Assembly: GCA_012729395.1 (NCBI GenBank)
Contig: JAAYDF010000161.1
Span: 3,319 to 67,318, forward strand
Source: Phycisphaerae bacterium
Lineage (GTDB): Bacteria > Planctomycetota > Phycisphaerae > UBA1845 > PWPN01
Length of the DNA: 64,000 bases
Direction: 5' to 3'
The position numbers were made by a program, and so were the translations under genes. Positions 36,203-44,603 of the stretch are shown one piece after another (position 1 is the first letter of the stretch; the number at the start of each line of letters is the position of its first letter). Under the pieces are notes generated by a model. That model searched no databases and was not told the origin of the DNA. It saw only the letters and a program-made list of their open reading frames with translations.

Positions 36203-36335
36203 TAATCTCAGATCCGAAATCTCAGATCTGAAATCTGCAATCCCAACTCTGCCGCTTCGAATCTGCAATCTCAGATCTCCAACGCCCCATCTGAAATCTG
36301 CAATTTCGAATCTGCGATCTCCAATCTGCCACCTC
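36203..36335. repeat. Degenerate oligo-repeat array (aatctcagatc, atctgaaatc, aatctgcaatc units)
   Basis: taatctcagatccgaaatctcagatctgaaatctgcaatcc...gaatctgcaatctcagatctcc...atctgaaatctgcaatttcgaatctgcgatctccaatctgcc. There is no regular spacing, so it is not CRISPR-like. Spurious ORFs translate it as ..EISDLRLQ... Confidence 0.75.
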
Positions 36336-36427
36336 AGACCCCCACTCGCAGACACACACCTCACAGCGCAATACGGCCATTACTCTGCAAGATGCTGCAA
36401 ATCCATCATCCCCACAACCAAGACCCA

Positions 36428-37483
36428 TCACTCCCGCCACCCGTGGGCGTCGCGGACGGCGAGCATGGCGGCCAGGATGCTGTTCCAGGTCTGCGGCCGG
36501 TGCATGACCTCATTGGAGAACATGCAGCCGTCCCAGCAGATGTGGCGAATCTTGCGGGTGGGTTGGCCGGCGTCATCACGGAGCCAGTAGCCGGCCTCGC
36601 GCACAATGTCCAGCTTGCCGTTGGGATCGCCGGGAAGGCAGTGACGGCCGGTCTTGTCGTGCGAGCCGCTGCCCTTGACCGTGGCATCGTTCTGGGCGAC
36701 GTGGAAGTCGATGGTCCACGGGCGCAGCGCGGCGGTAAGCTGCCGGTAGGCGGCCTCGAAGGTCTGCGGAGAATCCCATCCAAAACCCTCGGGCAGAATG
36801 CGGTCCTCGGGAGCGTTATAGCCCATCGTATAGAGCAGCGTGTGGGCCATATCCGCCTGGAAGCCGAGCGTCTTGGGCCGGTCGACCATCTCGAGGAGCT
36901 GCACCATCCGCCGCCATGAGTGCATGCCGCCCCAGCAGATCTCGCCCTCGGCGGCCAGCCGCTCGCCACACTGCTCAGCCATGTCGCAGGCCTCGCGGAA
37001 AGTGGCCGCGATCTTCTTCTGGTTGCCCTCGGGATCCTTGTACCAGTCCTCGACGCCGCAGGCCGAGTCGATCCGCACGATGCCGTATGGCCGCACACCC
37101 AGTTTCCGCAGGGCCGCGGCGATGCGGCAGCCTTTGCGGACCTGCTCGACGAACTGCTTGCGTTCGCTTTCGCCGCCCATGGCCGACCCGCCGCCCGTCG
37201 GTGGCCAGACCGGAGCCACGACCGAGCCCACCACGAGACCCTTGGCCCGGACCTTGTCCGCCAGCCGTTTGAGCCCGTCGTCGTCGATGTCGATACTGAC
37301 GTGCGGGTCGAAGAGGAACAGGTCGATCCCCTCGAACTTCACCCCATCCACCTCGGCAGCGACGGTCAGATCCAGCATGGTGTCCAGATCGATCGGCGGC
37401 TCGGAGTCCGGCCCCTTGCCGACCAAGCCCGGCCAGGCGGCATTGTGGAGTTTCGGCCAGTTGTTTTGATGTGTCGCAGTCAC
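36428..37483 (-). CDS. Sugar phosphate isomerase/epimerase (xylose isomerase-like TIM barrel)
   Basis: Track ORF 36428..37564. Its first 27 codons translate the repeat array. GTG 37483 has GGGAGGA 7 nt upstream ([24 protein letters not shown]..). TIM-barrel family pattern ..[10 protein letters not shown].., ..RIDSA.., ..[15 protein letters not shown]... Confidence 0.8.
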   Translation of the reverse strand: MTATHQNNWPKLHNAAWPGLVGKGPDSEPPIDLDTMLDLTVAAEVDGVKFEGIDLFLFDPHVSIDIDDDGLKRLADKVRAKGLVVGSVVAPVWPPTGGGSAMGGESERKQFVEQVRKGCRIAAALRKLGVRPYGIVRIDSACGVEDWYKDPEGNQKKIAATFREACDMAEQCGERLAAEGEICWGGMHSWRRMVQLLEMVDRPKTLGFQADMAHTLLYTMGYNAPEDRILPEGFGWDSPQTFEAAYRQLTAALRPWTIDFHVAQNDATVKGSGSHDKTGRHCLPGDPNGKLDIVREAGYWLRDDAGQPTRKIRHICWDGCMFSNEVMHRPQTWNSILAAMLAVRDAHGWRE

Positions 37484-37500
37484 GGACGATTCCTCCCTAT

Positions 37501-37567
37501 GGGAATGACCAATGTCGAAACCCGAATGACCAAGCAATGACCAAGCTCGAATGCCGAATGCCAACCG
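37501..37567. repeat. GAATGACC-type oligo-repeat array (left flank of the 4HB cassette)
   Basis: gggaatgaccaatgtcgaaacccgaatgaccaagcaatgaccaagctcgaatgccgaatgccaaccg. It contains aatgaccaa three times and gaatgcc twice, and is homologous to 27445..27487. Confidence 0.8.
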
Positions 37568-37594
37568 AAAAGCGGCATGCTCCGATTTCCTCGA

Positions 37595-38008
37595 TCATGG
37601 ATCCTGCGCTGTATTGGAGCGCGCCTTGCGGCTCCGGTGAATCGCCCCGAAGATCAAGTTGCGCTCCTGCGCTTCGCGCCACAGGGTGCGCGCCTCCTCC
37701 TTGGATGTCGGAACGGCAACGGCGATCATCCGGAGCCAGTGCTTGCTCTCTTTCGCCTCGCGCTTGCACACACTGATCCGATACCGAAACTCCTTCCCGG
37801 AACCGGCCTCGTCCGCCTCACAGTAGTTTGAGCCCACGCTGGTACCCGCCCGAACAAGCTGGCGAGTCAGTGGGTCCGTCACCGCATTTGCGGGCAACTT
37901 CCTCGCGAAGGAGATGACCGCTTCGCCAAAACGTGCAGTGCGCTCATCCAAGTCAAATCGCGGCCTGGAAGCCTTGCCGTCCTCATCCGTGTCGCGAGGG
38001 TCGCTCAT
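37595..38008 (-). CDS. Four-helix-bundle protein (23S rRNA IVS protein / Avd-like family, PF05635-type)
   Basis: 137 aa. ..FDLDERTARFGEAVISFARKLP..DPLTRQLVRAGTSVGSNYCEADEAGSGKEFRYRISVCKREAKESKHWLRMI.. matches the family pattern. It lies in an operon spacer, flanked by inverted oligo-repeat arrays. Confidence 0.85.
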   Translation of the reverse strand: MSDPRDTDEDGKASRPRFDLDERTARFGEAVISFARKLPANAVTDPLTRQLVRAGTSVGSNYCEADEAGSGKEFRYRISVCKREAKESKHWLRMIAVAVPTSKEEARTLWREAQERNLIFGAIHRSRKARSNTAQDP

Positions 38009-38013
38009 TTGCG

Positions 38014-38065
38014 TTTCGGCATTCGTCGTCTATGGGTCATTCGGACTTCGCCATTCGTCATTCAC
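38014..38065. repeat. GGTCATTC-type oligo-repeat array (right flank of the 4HB cassette, inverted relative to 37501..37567)
   Basis: tttcggcattcgtcgtctatgggtcattcggacttcgccattcgtcattcac. The units ggcattc, ggtcattc, gccattc and gtcattc are reverse complements of the left-flank units. It overlaps the stop codon of the 38062..39315 gene. Confidence 0.8.
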
Positions 38066-39315
38066 TTCTTCCCGTCGCACACCTTCGGCACGTTCGGGTG
38101 CGTGTCGGGGCCGAAGTAGCGCAGGCTGACCAGCGGCTCGCTGCCGGTATTCTCGATCTCGATGCCCGCGGCGGCGGCCTCGGCGGTGATGAACACCTCG
38201 TCCTCGGTCAGATCGCCGAAGCGAATCATCGCAGGCGTCTGCAACGGCAGCTTGCCGATTCGGCCCTTGCCCTGGACGGTAATCCAGCCGCTGGCGCCCG
38301 GATCCTTGAGCACACACTTGGCCCCCGGCTCGACGGTCAGCTCCTTGGCGCTGAACAACTGCTGACCATCAATGTGCCCGTAGACGATCCACTTGTCCGT
38401 GTAGCCCTTGCCGCTGGCCTTCTCGTCCACGATGGGCACAAGCTGGTTGTGCTCGACGAAATGCGTATCGACGTTCTTGTCCCAATCGAGTTGCTCGATG
38501 ATGAAGTCCAGGTCGCGGTGCTTGTCCTTGGGTACGTCCTTGACCAGCAGATCCCAGGGGACGTACCTGCCCTCGACGATGTTCTGGTACATGCCAAACA
38601 CGTCGCTGCCCCACTGCGGCTCGTAGGTGCACAAAGAGCCCGGCGCGTGCAGCACGCCCGCCGGGATTAACCACCCCGTCCCCCGCTTGAGTCGGTACGC
38701 CCGTGACAGGTCGAGAATGCCGTTGTCGCCCTTGTTCCAGTTATCGAGGCACCGCCGCAACTGAGCCTTCGTCGTACCCGGTTCGAGGCCCATGAACGTG
38801 TAGGCGAAGTTGTTGTCCACGTTGTTCATCTGCGGGGAAAAGTAGTACGCCTCGGGCTTGCCTTCCTGCCCGGTCAGTTTGGCGTGCTCCGGCCGCTGGT
38901 GCATGTGATGCGGGATGGGCCCCATGTTGTCGAAGAACTTCGAGTAGACCGGCCAGCGTTTGTACTTGTCGAACATCGCCTTGCCGATCAGCTTGGCCCC
39001 TGCCTCGGCGACGGCGTCCTTGAGCAGGAAGCACTTGTCCTCGAAGACCACGTAGCTAAGGCCCTCTTCCGGCTCACGGTTGTCGTTCATCGCCTCGGTC
39101 GTACTCGCGAACCAGCGCTCGTCGATACCACCACGGTCGGCGCCGAGAGCGTAGTAGTCCTGGGGAGCAAGCTTGAGCCGGCGCCCGGGATGCAGAAAAC
39201 TGCGGGGCACCCAGTTCGGCGCCAATCGCAGCAAGCCGCCGCCGGAGTTCAACGCGCTGTTCACCAAGGCCGAAAGATTCTTGGCTACTGCCGTGCATGT
39301 TTTGGGTTTGAGCAT
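38062..39315 (-). CDS. Cupin-fold sugar isomerase-like protein (class I mannose-6-phosphate isomerase-like), putative
   Basis: 417 aa. The His-rich metal-site-like ..GPIPHHMHQRPEH.. and ..GWLIPAGVLHAPGS.. resemble PMI-type cupins. The CDS call is solid; the function call is tentative. Confidence 0.7.
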   Translation of the reverse strand: MLKPKTCTAVAKNLSALVNSALNSGGGLLRLAPNWVPRSFLHPGRRLKLAPQDYYALGADRGGIDERWFASTTEAMNDNREPEEGLSYVVFEDKCFLLKDAVAEAGAKLIGKAMFDKYKRWPVYSKFFDNMGPIPHHMHQRPEHAKLTGQEGKPEAYYFSPQMNNVDNNFAYTFMGLEPGTTKAQLRRCLDNWNKGDNGILDLSRAYRLKRGTGWLIPAGVLHAPGSLCTYEPQWGSDVFGMYQNIVEGRYVPWDLLVKDVPKDKHRDLDFIIEQLDWDKNVDTHFVEHNQLVPIVDEKASGKGYTDKWIVYGHIDGQQLFSAKELTVEPGAKCVLKDPGASGWITVQGKGRIGKLPLQTPAMIRFGDLTEDEVFITAEAAAAGIEIENTGSEPLVSLRYFGPDTHPNVPKVCDGKK

Positions 39316-39584
39316 ATCGAAGGCTCCCTTTTACAGTTGACTACTCGCAAACGGCCACATCCGGTAGAGGCGGCCACATGAGGACATTCTAGTTCGACTG
39401 CGACGCTTTGCGGCGGCCGTTGGGAAGCAACAAAGCTCCACGCTCCGGCCGCCACGAGGGACCACCGCTGCCGAAGAGCGTGGGGCGGCGACTGCCGGAG
39501 CACACCCTCCAACGCTGCCGCAGCAGCCCTTCCGCTGCTCTCCAGCGAGATACTCCCAGCCATACTGGCTTGCCGGCTCCTCGC

Positions 39585-40226
39585 CTATTCGGGCTGAGCC
39601 GGCTTGACCTTCGTCTGCTTGGTCGGCACGAGCTTCGCGTCAGGCACATCGGAGACCTGCACTCCGCGGGCTCGCAGCGAGGCCGCCAACGCCGGCTTGT
39701 AGTCCGCCGGGGCCGCGGGCAACGCGTCCCTCAGTGCCGCCAGTGAGCGGTCACCCGGTATGCGCTGCAGCGCCGCTCGGGCATCCTCTCGCAGGTCCGG
39801 CGCAGCCAGAAGCTTCGCCAAGGGGGCAACGCACTCGTCACCACCGAGCTCCGACAGCATCCATACGACCTCGTACCGGACAGCCCTTGGTTGGCCGTCC
39901 GCCAGCAGCGGCAGAAGCTCGCCCACCGCCTGCTGGCGCAACGCGTCGGCGCCTGGTCGTCCCGCATCGCGCACGATCCGCCACATCGCCCGCCGTGCAG
40001 CCCGCGAGACCTCCTGCTCCTGCCCGCTCAGCAGGGCCGCCAGCGGAGCAATCGCACCGGGGCCGACGGCATGGGCGTTCAGCCACGCCTTGCCTCGAAC
40101 GGTTTCATCCTCGCCGGTGATGAACTTGATCAAGTCCTGGACCGCGGCGGTCTGCCCGGCTTGAGCCGCCAGCGCGCCCGCACCGACTGTCGAGGCCCAC
40201 ACTGCCGCTTCTTTGCCTATCGTCAT
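39585..40226 (-). CDS. HEAT-repeat domain protein
   Basis: 213 aa. Repeated ..VR..A...L..IG..AI.PL..LL.. helical repeats (..EDETVRGKAWLNAHAVGPGAIAPLAALL.., ..AVRYEVVWMLSELGGDECVAPLAKLL..). Confidence 0.7.
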   Translation of the reverse strand: MTIGKEAAVWASTVGAGALAAQAGQTAAVQDLIKFITGEDETVRGKAWLNAHAVGPGAIAPLAALLSGQEQEVSRAARRAMWRIVRDAGRPGADALRQQAVGELLPLLADGQPRAVRYEVVWMLSELGGDECVAPLAKLLAAPDLREDARAALQRIPGDRSLAALRDALPAAPADYKPALAASLRARGVQVSDVPDAKLVPTKQTKVKPAQPE

Positions 40227-40250
40227 GGCTCATGTTCCTCTCGATAAAGG

Positions 40251-41606
40251 TCACAGATGGTACGGGGCCCGCTGCGGCCGACTCATCATGCGCCGGGCCT
40301 GCTCGTCGCCCACGATCTCCTGCCTGGCCTGGTCCCAGTGGATCGGGCGGCCCAGAATGAACGAGATATTGCCGAGGACACACAGATTGGAGACCCCCAC
40401 CGCGGCCTCGATGTTCATGATGGTCTTCTTGCCGGTCTTGATACCCATGAACCAGTCTTCCATGTGGCCCGGGCTCTTGTAGACATCCTTGGCGCCGGCC
40501 GGCGGGACCCATTCGCGAGCCTTGCGCTCGAGCCAGGTTCCACCGTCACCGCCCCAATGCAGCATGGTCCCGCTTGTGCCGTGGTAGATCGCACCGTAAC
40601 CCGGGCGGCTGATCTCCGGCTCACCCTCGCGGCGGGTCTCCGGCGGAGGGCCGGCGTCAGGATGCTGACTCCAGGTCAAGACCCAGTCAGGGTTCTTGAA
40701 CGTGTACACCACATCCATCTCAACGGCACTGTCCCACAACCCCTTGGTCGGAGCGCTGCCGGACGCCTCGATGGTGACCGGCCCAGTGCCGTCGGCACCC
40801 ATCCACCACATCGCACAGCTCATCACGTGAGCTCCGCGATCGCGAATCTGCCCACCGCCGGACTCCAGAATCCAGCGGAACGTGCCGTGACAGTATCGCG
40901 GGTTGTACGGTCGCCACGGGAGCGGCCCGAGCCAGAGATCCCAATCCAACTCCGGCGGAGGATCGCAGTCGGGTGCCGGGTTGTTGTCCGCCGGGCTCGG
41001 ATAATGGAAGCAGTCCACCCGGTTGACCTTGCCAATAACCTCGTTGGCCAGGTAGCGATGGGCAAGATAAGCCTCATGCTCTGATCGGCCTTGCGAGCCG
41101 ACCTGCACGGCGACCCTGTTTTCCTTGGCCGCTTTGACCATCGCCTTGCCTTCCTCGATCGTGCAGCAGGCAGGCTTCTCAACGTAGACGTGCTTGCCGC
41201 ACTCCGCGGCGTGCACCATCTGCACCGCATGCCAATGGTCAGGAGTGGCTATAACCACCGCGTCGATATCCTTGCGTTCGAGGATATAGCGGTAATCGCG
41301 GTACACGTCGGCTTGCGGGCCGGCTATCTTCGATGCCTTGGTGAGCTGGTTCTCGTCGGCATCGCAGACCGCAGCCACGCTGACCTCGCCGCGGCCCATC
41401 CGGCCGACCATGTCGCGGAGATGTCCGCCGCCCATCCCCCCCACGCCAATGTGGGCCGTCACCAGCCGGTCATTTGCCCCGGGTCGCCCCGTAGCGCCCA
41501 GGGCCGCCGAACGGATGATATGGGGAAAGCCGATCGCCCCTCCGGCCGCCACGCCCGCCGTCTTCAGAAATGTCCGCCGCCGCATCCTGTCGTTTGGGTT
41601 GGCCAT
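40251..41606 (-). CDS. Gfo/Idh/MocA family oxidoreductase with a Tat signal
   Basis: Track ORF 40251..41696. ATG 41606 is preceded by aggtgag. MANPNDRMRRRTFLKTAGVAAGGAIG is a twin-arginine signal, followed by a Rossmann ..AHIGVGGMGGGH... Confidence 0.85.
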   Translation of the reverse strand: MANPNDRMRRRTFLKTAGVAAGGAIGFPHIIRSAALGATGRPGANDRLVTAHIGVGGMGGGHLRDMVGRMGRGEVSVAAVCDADENQLTKASKIAGPQADVYRDYRYILERKDIDAVVIATPDHWHAVQMVHAAECGKHVYVEKPACCTIEEGKAMVKAAKENRVAVQVGSQGRSEHEAYLAHRYLANEVIGKVNRVDCFHYPSPADNNPAPDCDPPPELDWDLWLGPLPWRPYNPRYCHGTFRWILESGGGQIRDRGAHVMSCAMWWMGADGTGPVTIEASGSAPTKGLWDSAVEMDVVYTFKNPDWVLTWSQHPDAGPPPETRREGEPEISRPGYGAIYHGTSGTMLHWGGDGGTWLERKAREWVPPAGAKDVYKSPGHMEDWFMGIKTGKKTIMNIEAAVGVSNLCVLGNISFILGRPIHWDQARQEIVGDEQARRMMSRPQRAPYHL

Positions 41607-41904
41607 CTTCTCACCTGTTTCAATCCGGGCTACATTCAGAAAACCGCGAATCCCGACCCGCGGCACAATCCATCCCCCCGGCAGCACCGTCCGCACATGT
41701 ACACATCCTCGCGAGACGGTATCATGTTCCCCGGTAAGAGACTAACGCGATTCGCTGAGGTTTCAAGGCCCGCAGGTGGCCTGCATCCGTACTCTGACCA
41801 TCCGCGAGCAACCCTGACGCACATGGTCATCGGTTCCCGGATCGTCGGGGAACGACCGAGCGTACTTCAGAGCCCGTATCAGGCCTGTCATGAAAGGAGT
41901 TGCC

Positions 41905-42771
41905 ATGTTGCGCCCCCCCCTGATGCTGATTGCCCTCGTGATCCCATTCGCCGCGTCCAGCCTCCACGCCGAACAACCAGCCGAGGCGACCCCCGTAGCC
42001 AAGAAACCGCACATCGTGTTCATCACCGGCGATCACGAGTACCAATCGGAAATCAACCAGCCCATGATCGCCAGCATTCTCGAAGCCAAGCATGGCATGA
42101 AATGCACGGTACTCTATGCGGTCGACGAAACCGGCCAACGCAACCCGCAGTACGAGAAGAACATCCCCGGTCTCGAGGCACTTCAAACCGCGGATCTGGT
42201 CGTCATGTACGTGCGATTCCGCGCACTGCCTGACGATCAGCTCAAGATGATCCTCGACTACGTCAACGCCGGTCGCCCTATTGTGGCCCTGCGCACCAGC
42301 ACCCACGCTTTCCTCTATCCCAAGGAGCATCCGCAGTTCCGCTGGAACGATGATTTCGGCCGCGAAGTGTTCGGCCAGAAATGGATTCGCCACCACGGGC
42401 ACGACTCCAGCACCCAGGTGCACGTCATGCTCAAGGACCACCCGATCACGCGCGGCCTCGAGCCGACCTTCCATTGCCGCTCCTGGCTCTATCACGTGAT
42501 GCCGCTGCACGGCGACTGCACCGCTCTGCTCAACGGGGCGGCTCTCAAAGGTGAGAAACCCGAGGATCCCGTCTTCGGCACACCCAACCCCGTCGCCTGG
42601 ACGAAGACCTACAAGGGCGGTCGCGTGTTCTTCACCACCCTCGGCCACCCCCAGGACTTCGAGAACGTCTCCATGCGCCGTCTGCTGGTTAACGGCGTCT
42701 ACTGGGCCTTGGGCCGCGAGGCGGACATCCCCGCCGAAGGCTGCAACGTGGACCTCCCCGCCGCCCCGTAA
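41905..42771 (+). CDS. ThuA domain protein (trehalose-utilisation-like, class I glutamine amidotransferase-like fold)
   Basis: Track ORF 41890..42771. ATG 41905 has AAGGAG 6 nt upstream. A signal peptide, then ..HIVFITGDHEY.., ..VFFTTLGHPQDF... Confidence 0.85.
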   Translation: MLRPPLMLIALVIPFAASSLHAEQPAEATPVAKKPHIVFITGDHEYQSEINQPMIASILEAKHGMKCTVLYAVDETGQRNPQYEKNIPGLEALQTADLVVMYVRFRALPDDQLKMILDYVNAGRPIVALRTSTHAFLYPKEHPQFRWNDDFGREVFGQKWIRHHGHDSSTQVHVMLKDHPITRGLEPTFHCRSWLYHVMPLHGDCTALLNGAALKGEKPEDPVFGTPNPVAWTKTYKGGRVFFTTLGHPQDFENVSMRRLLVNGVYWALGREADIPAEGCNVDLPAAP

Positions 42772-42789
42772 CCGCTACAAAGGTGCCCC

Positions 42790-42885
42790 CCAAAGGTGTC
42801 AGGAACCTTTATCGAGCGATGCGGCCTGCCGCTCGACGAACTGCGTTCTTGCGTCGCCCGAAAAAGGTTCCTGACACCTTTTTGG
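42790..42885. repeat. Inverted-repeat element, copy C (AAAGGTGTCAGGAACCTTT subtype)
   Basis: Perfect 19-bp arms aaaggtgtcaggaaccttt (42792..42810) and aaaggttcctgacaccttt (42863..42881) with a 52-nt loop. It lies between the convergent 3' ends of the ThuA and GH51 genes. Confidence 0.9.
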
Positions 42886-42886
42886 C

Positions 42887-44530
42887 TTACGCAAGCGTCA
42901 ATTGCAGACCCACCACTGCGGCTGGCGGCAGAGTCAGCACCAACCGGCCATCGGCTTGGGGCGCCGGCACCGCCAAGGGTCGCGGCACCACCGCACGCGG
43001 ATGGTCGAAATCGTTGAGCGCGTTGAGCCGCTCATGCGCAAGGACCGTGCCCGAAACCTCCGCGACCCGGCCTTCACGCAACCGCAAGTCGATCTCGATC
43101 GGCTCGTGGTGGTGTGTGTGCACCAACGTCACCGTCACCTCCCGCTCGCGGCGCGAGGCCGAACCAGCCACGCGGAACAGCTCCGCTTGCCCGCCCTCGC
43201 GCGAGAAGGAACAGGTCGGCGTTTCCAAACGCAGCGGCACCGCAATTCCCTGATGATGTGCCTGGTACATCGCGAACACGTGATAGATCGTCGTCTCCAC
43301 CATCCGGTCGCCATCCGTCATGTATAGCGATTGGAGACAGTTGACCAACTGGGCGATGTTACCCATCACCACCTTGTCGGCATGGCGGTGGAAGGTGTCC
43401 AAGGTGAGAGCGGCCACCAGAGCGTCACGCATGGTACTGTACTGGGCAAACTGGAACTCCGGGCGCAGGCGGGCATCGGCTGGATGCCACGTGCCCCACT
43501 CGTCGATGATGAGTTTGACTTCGTGTCGCGGGTCGAATTCGCCCATCGCTCCCCATTGATCGACAACCAGCTTATCCATGCGATTGGCACGGTCGAGCAG
43601 GTCGTACCACTGGTCGGTGTTGAATTCGGTGGCCGTGCCCGACGTGCCGCAGTAGTAGTGAGCCGCCCAGGCGTGCATCGGCGTACTCGCCCCGTCCCGC
43701 CACTTCTTCAAGAACCGCCGAGTCCAGTCCAGATCGTTGCCCGACGGCCCACAGCCGATGAGCACCCAAGGAACGCCGAAGCTCGGCAGCCAGGTCACAA
43801 AGCGACGATACTCGGTACAGTAGTCCTCCGGCGTGAAGCTGCCGCCGCATCCCCAGTTCTCATTACCCACCGCCCAATAACGGACGCCAAAGGGCTCCGG
43901 ATGCCCGTTGGCAACGCGTTCATCACCCACGCTCAACCGTCCCGCCGGGGCGTTGCAGTACTCGACCCACTGCTGGAACTCCTCGGCCGTACCCGTCCCG
44001 ACGTTGGCGCAGAAATACGGCTCTGCGCCCGTCAGCCGGCAGAATCGCATGAACTCGTCTGTGCCGAAATGGTTCGACTCTGTCACCTCGTTCCATCGCC
44101 CAAAGCGTCGCGGGCGGCTTTCGCGCGGTCCGATGCCATCCCGCCAATGGTAACGATCCGCGAAGCACCCGCCCGGCCAACGCATGACCGGCGGCCGCAG
44201 CTTACGCAGACTCTCGACCATCGACCGGCGAATCCCGTCGATGTTCGGGATCGGCGACTCCGGCCCGACCCAGATACCGTCGTAGACCACGCCGCCAATA
44301 TGCTCAACGAAGTGCCCGTGAAGATTCGGGTTGATCACCGCGGGCTGGCCACTCGCATCGCGAATGGGCTCATCCAAGAGTACCTCCGCAGTGGCCCGAG
44401 CCGATGCCGTCCCCGGTGTGGCCTGTGCCCATGCCGCCTGGCGCCGCAGAGCCGCAACGCCCACGGCTATTCCTCCCGCCCCCGCCGCTAATCGCCGCAA
44501 ACACGCTCGTCGGTTCAACTTCTCCTGCAT
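42887..44530 (-). CDS. Alpha-L-arabinofuranosidase (GH51), Tat-secreted
   Basis: Track ORF 42887..44548. ATG 44530 has AAGGAG 8 nt upstream (MQEKLNRRACLRRLAAGAGG..). GH51 motifs ..HFVEHIGG.., ..RWPGGCFADRYHWRDGIGP.. and ..WAVGNENWGCGG... Confidence 0.85.
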   Translation of the reverse strand: MQEKLNRRACLRRLAAGAGGIAVGVAALRRQAAWAQATPGTASARATAEVLLDEPIRDASGQPAVINPNLHGHFVEHIGGVVYDGIWVGPESPIPNIDGIRRSMVESLRKLRPPVMRWPGGCFADRYHWRDGIGPRESRPRRFGRWNEVTESNHFGTDEFMRFCRLTGAEPYFCANVGTGTAEEFQQWVEYCNAPAGRLSVGDERVANGHPEPFGVRYWAVGNENWGCGGSFTPEDYCTEYRRFVTWLPSFGVPWVLIGCGPSGNDLDWTRRFLKKWRDGASTPMHAWAAHYYCGTSGTATEFNTDQWYDLLDRANRMDKLVVDQWGAMGEFDPRHEVKLIIDEWGTWHPADARLRPEFQFAQYSTMRDALVAALTLDTFHRHADKVVMGNIAQLVNCLQSLYMTDGDRMVETTIYHVFAMYQAHHQGIAVPLRLETPTCSFSREGGQAELFRVAGSASRREREVTVTLVHTHHHEPIEIDLRLREGRVAEVSGTVLAHERLNALNDFDHPRAVVPRPLAVPAPQADGRLVLTLPPAAVVGLQLTLA

Positions 44531-44603
44531 GCCACTTGCTCCTTGCATGTGATGTCATACGTCCCGCTACCCAAGAGGAACCCGCCGTGGGCAGGTACAC
44601 CGC

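Noticed and set aside
36203-36335. CRISPR array hypothesis for the oligo-repeat arrays (also 27445..27556, 37501..37567 and 38014..38065)
   Set aside because: The units are only 7-11 nt, degenerate and directly abutting or irregularly spaced. There are no 25-40 nt unique spacers and no cas genes in the window.
35690-38008. Diversity-generating retroelement (DGR), suggested by the two Avd-like four-helix-bundle genes
   Set aside because: No reverse transcriptase ORF and no template/variable repeat pair with adenine-specific mismatches is visible in this window. The neighbouring genes are sugar-metabolism enzymes. The 4HB genes therefore appear to be orphans or cassette cargo.
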